A stretch of 64,000 nt of DNA from Azolla caroliniana (Eukaryota; Plantae; Polypodiophyta). The stretch covers positions 16,926,001 to 16,990,000 of the forward strand of contig JBHGNT010000009.1 of NCBI GenBank assembly GCA_043228905.1. Reading direction: 5' to 3'. Each line of letters begins with the position of its first letter. Positions within the stretch are counted from its first letter, which is position 1. A program made the position numbers and the translations under genes. The notes below the pieces were generated by a model. The model was not told where the DNA came from, ran no database searches, and worked only from the letters and a program-made list of their open reading frames with translations. Of the stretch, positions 35,949-47,309 are shown piece after piece.

Positions 35949-38009
35949 GTGAAGACGGGTGGCAAGGAGATGGAGGCTCAACAAGCTAACAATATGATGG
36001 CGATGTTCGAACGGATGCTTCAAGAACAACGCACGATGTCGGAGATTTCGGCATCAGTAGAGCGGCTCGTGCAACGTAACGGGCAATTTAATGGTAAGGA
36101 TGTGTCGCGATATTTGCAGGACTACAAGGCGGAGATGCTCCGGTGCCGGGCTTCGGAAGGACTGCAAGTGACATCCTTTAACCGGGTGGCGACCGACGGG
36201 CTTCAAGGGAGTATCCACGGGTTGCAACAACAAAATCCGACGTGGGAAGCATTCGAAGAGGCGTTAAAGACCACGTTTGCCATTGAGGACTCCTCCAAGG
36301 CAACGCGGAGGGGATTCGAGGATTGGGTGGAAACGTCAGGTAAGGGGCTGAAGGTCCTCGAAGTGTTTTCGACATTCGAAAGTCGGTTCGGGAGGTTGTC
36401 CGCGAGAGATCAAACTATTCTTGCACCGGACAAAGTCATCATGTTTTTGCGAGCTGTGGACGTCCGGGACCGGAAAGATCTCGGAGTGCTTCTTGAGGAC
36501 ACGACCACCGAAAGCGGCCTCACCGAACCATGGGAAAGCGTGCGGGATATCGTCGCACGGTACACGAAGAGGGGGCAATGGCTTGCCAACGAAGAAAAGA
36601 GGGTTTCGGAACCGATTCCGAAACCGAGAACGGGACTGGAAGACCATCAACCGAGGGCTCGGGAGATTACGGCCGAGAAGGGAGTCGACGCGTCTACGGT
36701 GGAGCAGCTGCTGAAGGAGATGGAGAATCTAAAGATCGCGATGGTGAAGAAGTCGGACGACCGCCCCACAAGCTCCAAATATACGGATCGACGGTGCATA
36801 TGGTGCGATAGCGCCGAACACGATCGGAGGGATTGCGACGACCATAAGGAGGCGCTACGACGGGATCTCATCTACTACGAGGGAAACCGGATTCATTCGA
36901 TGGACTCTCGGAAGCCACTCCGACCGAACTTTCGGAAAGGCGGCATGAAGAAGGTGCTCGAGGAGGAGTTAGCGGCAAGAAGCGACTATGCGACAACCGC
37001 GGGAATATGTGTCGGGGAGTCATCGGGAGCGAAGGCGTCTTTCTGGCCGGAGGTGCTAGGAAACACCGAGAAAACCGACTCCAACGATATCCGAAACACC
37101 GCGGAAGGCGTCCGGGAAGCTACGAGATGGGAGTGCCCTGTCGACAAGAATAGCATATACGCCCTGTGTCAATTACATGAGGTGTATGTGGACGAGAAAC
37201 GACGGCGCACGGAGGATGCGGCCGGACCATCGAAGATACCGGAAAGCTGGAACTCCGGAGGTAAGGGAAAAGAAAAGGCGACTCCAGCATTCAAGCTCGC
37301 CTCAGACATAGAACAACAAACCGACTTGAAAAGAGTGTTCGAGGAAAGAATCTTGGATAGCCGGGTAGATTTTTCGCTGCGGGAACTACTCGGAATAGCG
37401 AAGAAGGAGTTTCACGATCTTCTCGTGGATCTCGTGAAAAGGAAGAGACAAAGTACGGAGGAAAATGCTCCAAGGGTGAATGCAAATACCGTTTCAATGA
37501 ACGACACCGAAGTGGAAGGCGAAATTCCGAACTCCCACTATACAAGGCCACACTGGGCACGTGCGACTACGGAGACTCTGGTCCGAATCGGCAACATCAA
37601 AGAACCCGTGCTAGCATTGATTGATCACGGATCGGAGATCAACTTAATGTCCAAGGAGTTCTACCGAAAGGGGAAGTGGCCTATAAACACCAACCATGGA
37701 TGGAAGATTCGGGCAGCCACGAAAACGACAGAAGACTTATTTGCGGCTTGTCCGGATGTGACGGTAAAGATCGGGGATGTCGAAATTGACCAAAATTTCT
37801 TTGTGCAGGATGAGGTTTCACATTCTGTCATCCTCGGCCAACCCTTTATCACGGCTTCACGGATGGAGACGAAGGTGCTCGATAGTGGTGCGGCTTTTGC
37901 GCGAATTCGGAGCCAAAACGGAGGGAAATCCGTCCAATTCCTAACGGTGCCGGCAAATCACGAAAGGAACAAGAGGGAACTCTTGTCCCAAGTGAGAATG
38001 GATTTTTAA
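35949..38009 (+). CDS. gag: Element G Gag-protease
   Basis: Uninterrupted 686-aa ORF (likely ATG at 35970) with CIWCDSAEHDRRDC and ALIDHGSEINLM. Confidence 0.92.
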   Translation: MKTGGKEMEAQQANNMMAMFERMLQEQRTMSEISASVERLVQRNGQFNGKDVSRYLQDYKAEMLRCRASEGLQVTSFNRVATDGLQGSIHGLQQQNPTWEAFEEALKTTFAIEDSSKATRRGFEDWVETSGKGLKVLEVFSTFESRFGRLSARDQTILAPDKVIMFLRAVDVRDRKDLGVLLEDTTTESGLTEPWESVRDIVARYTKRGQWLANEEKRVSEPIPKPRTGLEDHQPRAREITAEKGVDASTVEQLLKEMENLKIAMVKKSDDRPTSSKYTDRRCIWCDSAEHDRRDCDDHKEALRRDLIYYEGNRIHSMDSRKPLRPNFRKGGMKKVLEEELAARSDYATTAGICVGESSGAKASFWPEVLGNTEKTDSNDIRNTAEGVREATRWECPVDKNSIYALCQLHEVYVDEKRRRTEDAAGPSKIPESWNSGGKGKEKATPAFKLASDIEQQTDLKRVFEERILDSRVDFSLRELLGIAKKEFHDLLVDLVKRKRQSTEENAPRVNANTVSMNDTEVEGEIPNSHYTRPHWARATTETLVRIGNIKEPVLALIDHGSEINLMSKEFYRKGKWPINTNHGWKIRAATKTTEDLFAACPDVTVKIGDVEIDQNFFVQDEVSHSVILGQPFITASRMETKVLDSGAAFARIRSQNGGKSVQFLTVPANHERNKRELLSQVRMDF

Positions 38010-41000
38010 AGCGGACTGTTGCGGACTGGGGAAGTGATAGTCCGAGAAGCCCTGATACCCCACACAGGAAGAAAACTCTCGGAGCAAAACAAGTACGAAT
38101 CGGCCCGGATGGGGCATCTACGTACACGACCGTAACCGGAGGAATGAAGAAACAATACCGACAAGTGGAGGATAAGTTACGGTCGGCATCAATAATAAAA
38201 GAAGACGAAGAAATCGTGGGAGTGATCGAGGAAGTGTTCTATGGGAATACACTACAACGGCTTGAAGAGCTTGCGGAAGATAAAAGCCAAGGGAACCGGG
38301 TAGTCCCGGTGGAATCGGTCGAGATGTACGAGATCGTTGCGAAAATGGGGCCGGATGCGCTCCGCAAAGAAGAAGCAATGGTAAGTACGAAATACAAGAC
38401 CGTGGAGAAGAAGGTGAAACCGGCCGCGGGACCACTACCCGCCGATAGCGAACAAAAGAAGAAAGAAGTCTCGGGAGATCCGACACTTCGGAAGTCCGTG
38501 GATATCGGACATGCCTTCACAGATGAGACCCGGAAGAAACTTCGGATCGGTGGAGGTGGGTTCCTCTTACAAGAAGAAGAAAAACGGTTTCGAGAGATGT
38601 TGGAGCAACATGGCAAAGCATTCGCGTTCACATCGAGGGAAATCGGATGCATTGATCCAAAGATAGTGGAGCCGATGGTGATTTTCACGATTGATCATGT
38701 ACCGTGGAACCTGAAGCCGATTCCGGTGCCACGGGCGCATATTCCGAAAGTCATCGACTTGCTCAAGGAGAAGGTAGCGATGGGGATTCTAGAGCCATCA
38801 AGTGCTCCGTACTCAAATCGATGGTTTACGGTTCCGAAGAAGAATGGGTCACTCCGATTCATCCAAGACTTGCAACCGGTGAACAAGGTCACGATCCGGA
38901 ACTCGGGAGTCGGTCCGATAGTGGACGAATTCGCGGAAGCTTTTGCCGGACGTGCGATATACTCCATCGGGGATCTATACTCGGGGTATGACCAATTCCA
39001 ACTAGCCGTGGAGAGCCGAGACATCACTACCATGCGGACACCGATAGGACTAGTTCGAATGTGCACACTACCACAAGGAGCGACAAACTCGGTTGCACAT
39101 ATGATGAACGCGATGAACAAGGTGCTTCGAGATTGCATCCCGGAGATAACGATGCCGTTTCTAGATGACATTCCGATGAAAGGATGCACGGTGGAAGAAA
39201 AAGATGAGACTATGGATGATCGGGGATGCCGAAAGTTCGTGGTCGACCATATTCATGATTGCGAGAAAGTGTTGCGAAAGCTAGAAGATGTGCACCTAAC
39301 ACTTTCCGGGGAGAAATCGGCATTCGGGCAAGAAGAAATATTGGTGGTCGGACATCTATGTGGACCCTATGGCCGAAGACCGTCACCAACAAAGATCGAT
39401 GCGATTCAAGCTATGAAGGAAGTATGTGAGTCAACATCGGAAGTCCGAAGGTTTCTGGGTGCGTGTGCATTCTATCACATATGGATTCCGCACTATGCAC
39501 ATATAGCGGACCCGCTCTATCACTTGTTGCGGAAAGGTAAGAAATTCGAGTGGAAACCGGAACACACTAAAGCCATGAGGAAGCTCAAGAAGACACTATG
39601 GAGGGCGGAATCACTTAAGAAGCCAAGCTACGAGCGGCAAATCATAGTAACGGTTGATACAAGTCCAACCGGTATCGGGTGGGTCATCAATCAAGCCGAC
39701 TCGGATGGTTCGCGGTATCCGATCCGATTTGGAGCAAAGGTCCTCAACGAAAGGCAATGCGGATATGCACAAGTCAAAAGAGAATTGTGGGGAGTCGTGT
39801 CGGCGATAAAATCGGATCGGGATTATTTGATCGGAGCTGAAGTGGTGATCGAGACGGATTGTCTTCCGATACTCGGGATGATGCGGTGTTGTACGATACC
39901 GGATGTGGCTATGCTAAGGTGGATTGCATATGTCAAGTCACTTAATCCGGAGGTTCGACACATCTCGGGGAAGGACAACGCGGTAGCGGACATGTTATCG
40001 AGGGCGCGGTTTGAAGACGACATAACCGAATCAGATAATGAAGAAGTTTCCGAAGACTACTTCACGTCAGAACACATATGCCGAGTGAACGTGATCCGAG
40101 AATTCCGGGAAGAAGAATACGAGGGGGAAACCTTGATGATCGGGAAGATGCTACAAGAGGTCGAGGATTCAACCAATGATAAAGAAAGGAGAGCCGAGAT
40201 CCGAAGGAAGAAGAGGCAAGTCCAAAAGTTCTTCTTGGAAAACAGTTTAATATGGAGGACGCCGAAAAGACCGGATGGGATACCACTTCGAGTAGTCGGG
40301 ACGAAAGAGCAACGAAACCGGATAATGTCCGAGTTCCACGAATCCGATTGGGCTGGACATCGAGGAACATGGGCAACTTTTGTGAAAATCAAGCAAAGAT
40401 ATTGGTGGAAGAACATGTATAAAGATGTCGCGGAGTTCACAGAAAGCTGCGAGAAATGTCAAGTCTACTCCGGGGTCCGACACCGAGATGAGCTGCATCC
40501 AACATTCTCACCGACAATCAACTTCAAGTGGATGGTCGACATTGTAGCTATGCCGACCGGGATTGGACAAAAGAAATACTTGGTGTTAGCTCGAGAAGAT
40601 CTCACAAACCAAGTTGAAGGTCGAGCGCTTCGGAGGAAAACGTGTGCCGCGGTGTGCCAATTTCTTTTGGAAGAAGTGTTTTGTAGGTACGGCTGCGTAG
40701 GACAAGTGATTGCGGACCGGGGAGAACTCGACTCGGACAAAGCTAGGGGATTCTTCGCCAAACATGGAGTTCGGTTAACGTTGACAACGGCCTACAATCC
40801 GGAGGCCAACGGGAAGATCGAACGAGGACATAGTCCGATCGTGAAAGCACTTGCGAAGGCATGCGACGGAAGGGTGAAGGATTGGCCACAAATGCTTCCG
40901 TATGCACTATGGGCGGATCGGACGACGCATAGCTCCGTGACCGGTTACATGCCGGCAGAACTCATGACCGGACAAGCACCGGTAATGCCAACGGAAACCG

Positions 41001-41329
41001 CAATCGCGACATGGACAATACTACCGTGGAAGGAAGAGATGAGCCGGGAAGAAGTACTAGCGGTCCGGATACGACAACTGGAGGGAAGACCGAAAGATGT
41101 AGCGGAAGCGTCACGCCGACAACAAGAAGCACGGTTCCGGAACAAAAGCCGGTTCGACACAAAGCACCGACTACGACCGAGGAGGATTGAAGAAGGAGAT
41201 TGGGTGATCGTCTATGATAGTAGCTTGGACCATCAACATACAACGATGCGGAAATTCGCGAAAGGTGGTTCGGGCCGTACGAGGTTCGGAAGGTCTTCGA
41301 CAACGGGACGTACCGACTGTCCGAGTTAG
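38000..41329 (+). CDS. pol: Element G RT-RNaseH-integrase in the -1 frame (1-nt frameshift near the IN C-terminus at about 41263)
   Basis: The frame is open from the GGATTTT site at 38000. Contains PFLDDIP, VDTSPTGIG, HESDWAGH..CEKC and YNPEANGKIER. Confidence 0.92.
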   Translation, partial: GFLKRTVADWGSDSPRSPDTPHRKKTLGAKQVRIGPDGASTYTTVTGGMKKQYRQVEDKLRSASIIKEDEEIVGVIEEVFYGNTLQRLEELAEDKSQGNRVVPVESVEMYEIVAKMGPDALRKEEAMVSTKYKTVEKKVKPAAGPLPADSEQKKKEVSGDPTLRKSVDIGHAFTDETRKKLRIGGGGFLLQEEEKRFREMLEQHGKAFAFTSREIGCIDPKIVEPMVIFTIDHVPWNLKPIPVPRAHIPKVIDLLKEKVAMGILEPSSAPYSNRWFTVPKKNGSLRFIQDLQPVNKVTIRNSGVGPIVDEFAEAFAGRAIYSIGDLYSGYDQFQLAVESRDITTMRTPIGLVRMCTLPQGATNSVAHMMNAMNKVLRDCIPEITMPFLDDIPMKGCTVEEKDETMDDRGCRKFVVDHIHDCEKVLRKLEDVHLTLSGEKSAFGQEEILVVGHLCGPYGRRPSPTKIDAIQAMKEVCESTSEVRRFLGACAFYHIWIPHYAHIADPLYHLLRKGKKFEWKPEHTKAMRKLKKTLWRAESLKKPSYERQIIVTVDTSPTGIGWVINQADSDGSRYPIRFGAKVLNERQCGYAQVKRELWGVVSAIKSDRDYLIGAEVVIETDCLPILGMMRCCTIPDVAMLRWIAYVKSLNPEVRHISGKDNAVADMLSRARFEDDITESDNEEVSEDYFTSEHICRVNVIREFREEEYEGETLMIGKMLQEVEDSTNDKERRAEIRRKKRQVQKFFLENSLIWRTPKRPDGIPLRVVGTKEQRNRIMSEFHESDWAGHRGTWATFVKIKQRYWWKNMYKDVAEFTESCEKCQVYSGVRHRDELHPTFSPTINFKWMVDIVAMPTGIGQKKYLVLAREDLTNQVEGRALRRKTCAAVCQFLLEEVFCRYGCVGQVIADRGELDSDKARGFFAKHGVRLTLTTAYNPEANGKIERGHSPIVKALAKACDGRVKDWPQMLPYALWADRTTHSSVTGYMPAELMTGQAPVMPTETAIATWTILPWKEEMSREEVLAVRIRQLEGRPKDVAEASRRQQEARFRNKSRFDTKHRLRPRRIEEGDWVIVYDSSLDHQHTTMRKFAKGGSGRTRFGRSSTTGRTDCPS

Positions 41330-41782
41330 ATGGAACAATACTACGAGTGCCTATAGCCGGGAAGCGGGTGAAGATTTTCAAGAAGCGGACCGACGACAAA
41401 CCTTATGTGATCCAAGTCGAGGCCGACAACGAGGAGCAATCGGACGAAGACCACAATGATGCGGGAAGCGAAGAAAGTGGATTACAACTCATAGTCGACA
41501 TAAGGGGAGAATCGGAGGAAGCTTCGGATGAAGACGGATACGAAGAATCAAGAACTTCGGCACATACCGGAGGATGTGCGGGTTTGGAGGGGGCGAGTGT
41601 CGTAGTGTAGGTTGCACACTATGTGGAAATTATATTTTTGTCCCTCCGGATAGAGAATGGAGTGCTCGGTGAGAACCGGAAGAAAACGGCATACCGGCAA
41701 GGAAGAAAACGGCATACCGGCAAGGAAGAGCCGGATAAAGAGACATAAATGTAAAAAAAGAAGAAGAAGGAAATACTCACTA

Positions 41783-41855
41783 CTGCGCAGGGCGTGATTC
41801 GAACTCTGCACCTCCACGTTGACAAACCCCAACCTTACCATTACATTAACTTATC
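41783..41855 (-). promoter_or_regulatory. tRNA-like A/B-box cassette in element G U3 (B box deleted in the 5' LTR copy)
   Basis: Minus strand: TAATGTAATGG (41848) and AGTTCGAATCA (41805), with T8-G53 spacing of 44 nt. Confidence 0.6.
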
Positions 41856-42385
41856 TTAAGTGTTTTAAATATAGATTTAATACGTATAAGACCTTTATTT
41901 ATGCATACCTTTATTAAAAGGTAAATCGTGTATTTTTTTAATATATGAAAAAGACGAGACACTAAAAATAACTCATGCACATCTTGCGTGCATGAGCCCT
42001 ATACTTAGGAAATAAAAAAGCATCACATGCACATTTAGTGGACATGAACACTTTTTGTAAAAAAAAAGCATGAAGACATGCTTAGCTCTTCCTTCCTTAT
42101 ATAAGGAGGAGAGAAATATGTAAAGGGTTGTTGATTATTTGGATTAAGTATTAATCAATACAAAAATTATTCGTGGGATTCACGATTTATACATCTACTT
42201 CTCTCTTAACACCCTAAGTACCAATTAATATAGTATACTCGTGTGATTCACGAGTTTCTTATCTTTCTCTTTGCTATTTACTCATAATTAATCTCTATCT
42301 CACGAACTTCTTTCTCCTAGTCCAAGACCTCTGTGTTTCCCACCCGACTCACGCAACGATCCGGAGCCGAAAGGCACGACAGCGT

Positions 42386-44980
42386 ATGTGTATTAATTAC
42401 CAACGCTTGAATAAAGTGACGATCAAGAATTCGTACCCATTGCCCCGGGCTGACGATCTAATTGACCGTCTCCAAGGAGCTCGGTATTTTACGAAACTTG
42501 ATCTCCGTACTGGCTACCATCAAATACGAATAAGTGAGGACGATGTTCCTAAAACAGCATTTCGTACGCGCTATGGCCATTACGAGTTTTTGGTTATGCC
42601 TTTTGGTTTGACCAATGCTCCGGCTACTTTTCAACAAGAAATGAATGACATTTTCCAAGAACAACTTGGAAAATTTGTCGTTATTTTCTTGGATGATATT
42701 TTAGTTTATAAAATATGCTAGACATGCTAGACATTGCAAGAACATGCTAGACATGTCCACTTTGTTTTACAAACATTGCGTGACAAACAGTTTTATGCAA
42801 AGATCTCAAAATGTGAGTTCTTCAAGAAATCAATTACTTATCTAGGACATCTCATAACCGAACGAGGAGTTGAAATTGATCCTTCTCACATTGAGAAAAT
42901 CAAGATTTGGCCCACTCTTCGGAATATTCGAGAAGTTCAATCATTCCTTGGTTTTGTCGGGTTTTTGCGAAAGTCTCTTCGTAATTACTCCCAATTGACG
43001 ATGCCGTTTACTGATCTTTTAAAAGGTCAAACGCGTAAGTCTACAAAACCTATTGTGTGGAATGGTACACTAGACCTCGCCTTTAAGGAACTCAAGAACT
43101 TGGTTTTCAAGGCTCCTTCACTTCTTTTACATGATCCTTCAAAACCTTTTGAGGTTGAAACCGATGCAAGCGATTATGCTATAGGTGTTGTCTTATATCA
43201 AGATGGTAAACCAATAGCGTTCGAGAGTAAGAAACTTGATTCTGCTCAATGTTGGTATACCGTTCAAGAAAAGGAATTATTTGCAGTTATACATGCGCTC
43301 AAAACATGGCGCCATTATCTTTATGGAAATCACTTTGTGGTAACTACGGACCACGAGTCCTTGAAATATTTTTCTGACCAACAAGACCTGAAAGGTCGTA
43401 AGGCATGATGGGCTGATCTCATCTAGGACTTTGATTTTTCCATACGATATCGTAAAGGTTCCATGAACATTGTTGCTGATGCACTAAGTCGCATCCGTGA
43501 AGTTAACACGCTTAGCTTCACTGAAATATCATCAGATCTTTATGATCACCTTCGAGGAAAGTATCCTGATGACAGTTATTTTGCAAAATACTGGGCAAGA
43601 GTTGAGTCTGGAACAGACACCACCACATCCTTGAAGGAATACTTGCACATTGCTAACGGTTTGCTCTACCGTAATGGGAAGGTTTGTGTTCCAGATTTAC
43701 CCGAGGTCAAAAAGAGGATTCTTTTTGAATGCCATTATGCACCCTCAGCAGGGCACCCTGGAATACATCGTACACTCGTTCTCATCTCCACTCAATTTTA
43801 TTGGCCTAAGATGCGTCTTGACATACATAGCTATGTGACTAAATGTCACCAGTGTCAGGTTAACAAAGCCGAGCGACTTAAAGCCGCAGGACTTTTACAT
43901 CCCTTGGACATTCCCAGTAATAAGTGGGAAAGTATATCCATGGATTTTATTGTTAGCCTTCCTCGCACCCAAAAAGGTCATGATGCCATCTGGGTTGTCA
44001 TTGATCGACTAACTAAAATGGCCAGATTTATTGCTACTAAAACCACGGTAACAGCTCCTGAATTGGCTTACTAATTCGTGGACAAATTGTTTCGTTTTTA
44101 TGGGTTACCGATGGATATCGTGAGTGATCGAGATCCAAAGTTTACTCGTGACTTCTGGACACAAGTCTTTAAGAAGTTAGAAACTACGTTGAGCATGAGC
44201 TCCACGGATCATCCTCAATCCGATGGACAGACAGAACGAGTAAATCAAATTATTGAGGACATGCTTCGAGCATACGTTGGTGCAAAACCAACAAAATAGG
44301 AACGTTATCTCCCAATTTTGGAGTTTGCTTATAACAGCTCCAAGCATACGTCGACGGGATATAGTCCTTTTATGTTGATGTATGGTTTTTAGCCACGAGC
44401 CCCGATTGATGTTAATATACATCATGATGAGTTGCGAAGTACGCAAAACTTTCTTCGGGATATGCAAGATATGTTGCATATTGCACGAGATAATATAAAA
44501 ACAGCTCAAGATAGAGCGCGTTTTTATGCCGATCATCATAGGCAACCTCGTGTATTCAACCCTGGACAGAAGGTATTTTTACGTGTACCTCACAATTCTA
44601 AGACATTGTCTACGGGTAAGTGCGCTAAGTTAGCCCCACGATTTTGGGGACCTTTTACAGTCCTCAAACGCATTGGGTCATCAGCCTATCGTCTCGCTCT
44701 TCCCGATGGTGTCAGAATTCATCCAGTCTTTCATGTGAGTCATCTAAAAGAACTTCTAGGTTCTGGCGACAATATAGTTACGACTGAAACTCTGGTTACT
44801 TCTGAAGAATTATCTTCTAAACCACATGTACCAGAAAGAATTCTCGATGTTAAAACAAAAAAATTACGTACTAAAGAAATTCGAGAATTTAAAATAAAAT
44901 GGATGGATAAATCAATAAAAGATGCCACATGGGAACGCGAAAATACTCTTAGAACTAACTTCCCTAACTTTCCATTGTAA
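42386..44980 (+). pseudogene. Element F RT-RH-IN-chromodomain (stops); N-terminal part at 34809-35177
   Basis: GTWR|MCINY rejoins across G. Contains FLDDIL, ETDASDYAIG, ISMDFI and PERILD...IKW...DATWE. Confidence 0.93.
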
Positions 44981-47309
44981 GAGTGCAATGTTTTAAAGAG
45001 GGGGAGTATGTTACGGGCATGACCATATAATATCCCGTGGTAAGAATTTACCGTAGTATTCTATACACGTGGATAAGTGTGAGGGTTAAACGAGAGTGTA
45101 AAGAAGGGGAGTATTACTTTTAATCCTCGGGATTGAGACAACCCATTAGGTCAAGTGTGAACTTGCCTGGGGGCCTTGGGTATCGCTATAAATAAGAGGC
45201 CTAGCTACCCTCATTTGATCATCTTTGGACTACATCGAGACTCTGCTCTTGTGGTGGGTCAACTCTTGTAGCGAGCGCGCCAGCACCAGGTACGACTCGA
45301 CGCCACGGCGGTGGTATGGGACGCCGATCGAGGCTCGAGTCCGTCTCGATCCCTTCGCTCGGGGTTGGTCGGGTGGATCGGCACCCTTCTTTCTCTTTCT
45401 CCTTTCTATCTATTATTACTTTATCCATATCTTAAGCTTACTTTAGTACTTAGATCTATAATACCGAACCTGAGCCTTTATATCGGCCACTTCATTAACC
45501 CACATTTGTTGGGAGGTGTCTTCTTCCTCGATCACCATTCGCCTCGGTTTTGTCTCCCTTTTAAGCTTCATTTCTTTTGTTGGTGGCGCGTTGCTGCATC
45601 TCGTCCCTCATGGGCCATCTTGTTGTTGTCGATATTCTCGCTCGCCCCTTATCGTGTAGTCGGCATACACTTTCCACTTTGCTCCAATCCTCAATGAGAC
45701 CATTTGCATCGTCACCTTCTTCGAGTTTGAGGCAGATGGCCATCCTTTCCATTCGATCAATTGACTTCACGAACATAAGGACCTTATTGAGCACCACCAA
45801 TGTTTGTTCCCGCTCCGAGAGTTGAGAAAAATGACGCTCGAAGTCTACGAATGCTTGTGTCGTGCCTTGGTGGGTCTTTGCCGATGTCACCCATTGGTCG
45901 AAGTTGCGTCGATCTCATCCCTTCAGTCTCTCATAGCCATATTCCTCCAATAGAGCCTTCTCGAAAGTCAGCAACGAATCATGAGCTTCTAGAAGCTCTT
46001 TTACATCTTTGAAGATCGGTTGAGACACCATCCGACAAAAGTACTCCAACCTCATAGCTTCGTGCACACCTCTTGAATCCATCTCCGCATTGTAGACTTT
46101 TAGAAAACTTTGGACTTCGGCGCCATTGAAATAACTCACTTGCTCGACTACCCTCTCAACGGCTTGTTGCTCTTCACTTCATCTTTTTCCTTCTCTTAGA
46201 AACTCCATCATCCTTTTCCACATTGCCTCCATGAGATATTCTCCATCCATCTTTGTCCTCCTCTGTTGCTCTTCACATCGGGTTCACCAAATGATGTCGC
46301 GAAGATTTGCACGTGCATGTGCTACTCCAACGACCACTGGGGTCTTGGACAAGGGAGGACGTTCGCGGAATTATCGAAGAGATGACGATCAATGTAAGAT
46401 TGGATGAAATTTGTTTACATATGATAGTCGTCCTAGTGGTAAGGCAAACATCTTGTATCTTAGAGGTGCAAGGTTCAAACTTTGCTTGCACCCCTTTGTA
46501 TGAACTGAAGTGCCACTAGGCCTTAGGCATATTTGCTAAGTGCTTGTGCAATGTTGCACATCCTTGGTTTATTCGTCTCACTTGGTTTCACACTGTAGCC
46601 AAAATTTGTCACGAAAACATAGACCTATCATTCCATTCCCTTCTCTTATCGAAGCGACTACAAACCCATTTTACCATAGCCCAATCCGTCATGAGCCCAT
46701 CATCAGTTTCAAAGAGGAGCCCCACCTTCGTCAACTTGGATCTCGAGTACCTCTGCGTGGATACTCGACCTTACCACTCAAGCAAATTTGGTTAGACGCC
46801 TATTGTCGGGGATGTTTCCCATAAGCATTTCGGCCTTATAGGCATACAATTAGCTCGTGGTATCTCTTCCATTGAACCGACGCGTTGTGCTGACCACCGT
46901 CTCTATGGCCCGGTCTAGGCCGGTGATGCCTTCTCGGGCATTTACCAAGCAATCCACCGCCGCCGCCATTGCTTCAGCGAGTTCTCCTCCTCGCATCTTG
47001 GTTCTCCCTTGCTGCCCTTTCACGTCGGGTTCACCAATTTATGTCGCGATGTTTTGTGTGTGTGTTTTACTTGGACAGGACCACAGGGGTCTTGGACTAG
47101 GGAGTACTGAAAGGATAGGGAAGACCCGAGGTTAGTTTTACGACAATACTACTTCCCGACCCCTTCCCAAGCAAGAGCTCGTTGCCCCTTTCGTGAGGCC
47201 GGTGGCTTTCGTTGATCACGACTAGTCGAGTTTTCACGATCACCACACGAGCCAGTGATCAAACGGGTACAAGCAAAGATGAGCACGGAAGATGAACGCA
47301 TGAGGGGAT

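Larger units (their letters stand above)
35178..42381 (+). mobile_element. Young, nearly intact Trp-primed Gypsy element G (Phygy-like)
   Basis: LTRs at 35178-35931 and 41598-42381, nearly identical. TSD GCGT. PBS TGGTGAACCCGACGTGAA at 35936-35953. PPT GGAGGGGGCGAG. Confidence 0.96.
31270..45463 (+). mobile_element. Chromovirus element F with a long 5' UTR, hosting G
   Basis: 455-bp LTRs at 31270-31724 and 45009-45463. TSD CCGAA. Degenerate PBS TGGTATAAGA. PPT AAAGAGGGGGAGTA. Confidence 0.93.
29278..46616 (-). mobile_element. Non-autonomous Trp-primed Gypsy element E (gag-like ORF only), hosting F
   Basis: LTRs at 29278-29884 and 46295-46616 (deleted). PBS at 46272-46289. PPT at 29885. TSD ACGC/ACAT. 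No PR/RT/IN motifs seen in the ~2.2-kb interior. Confidence 0.85.
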
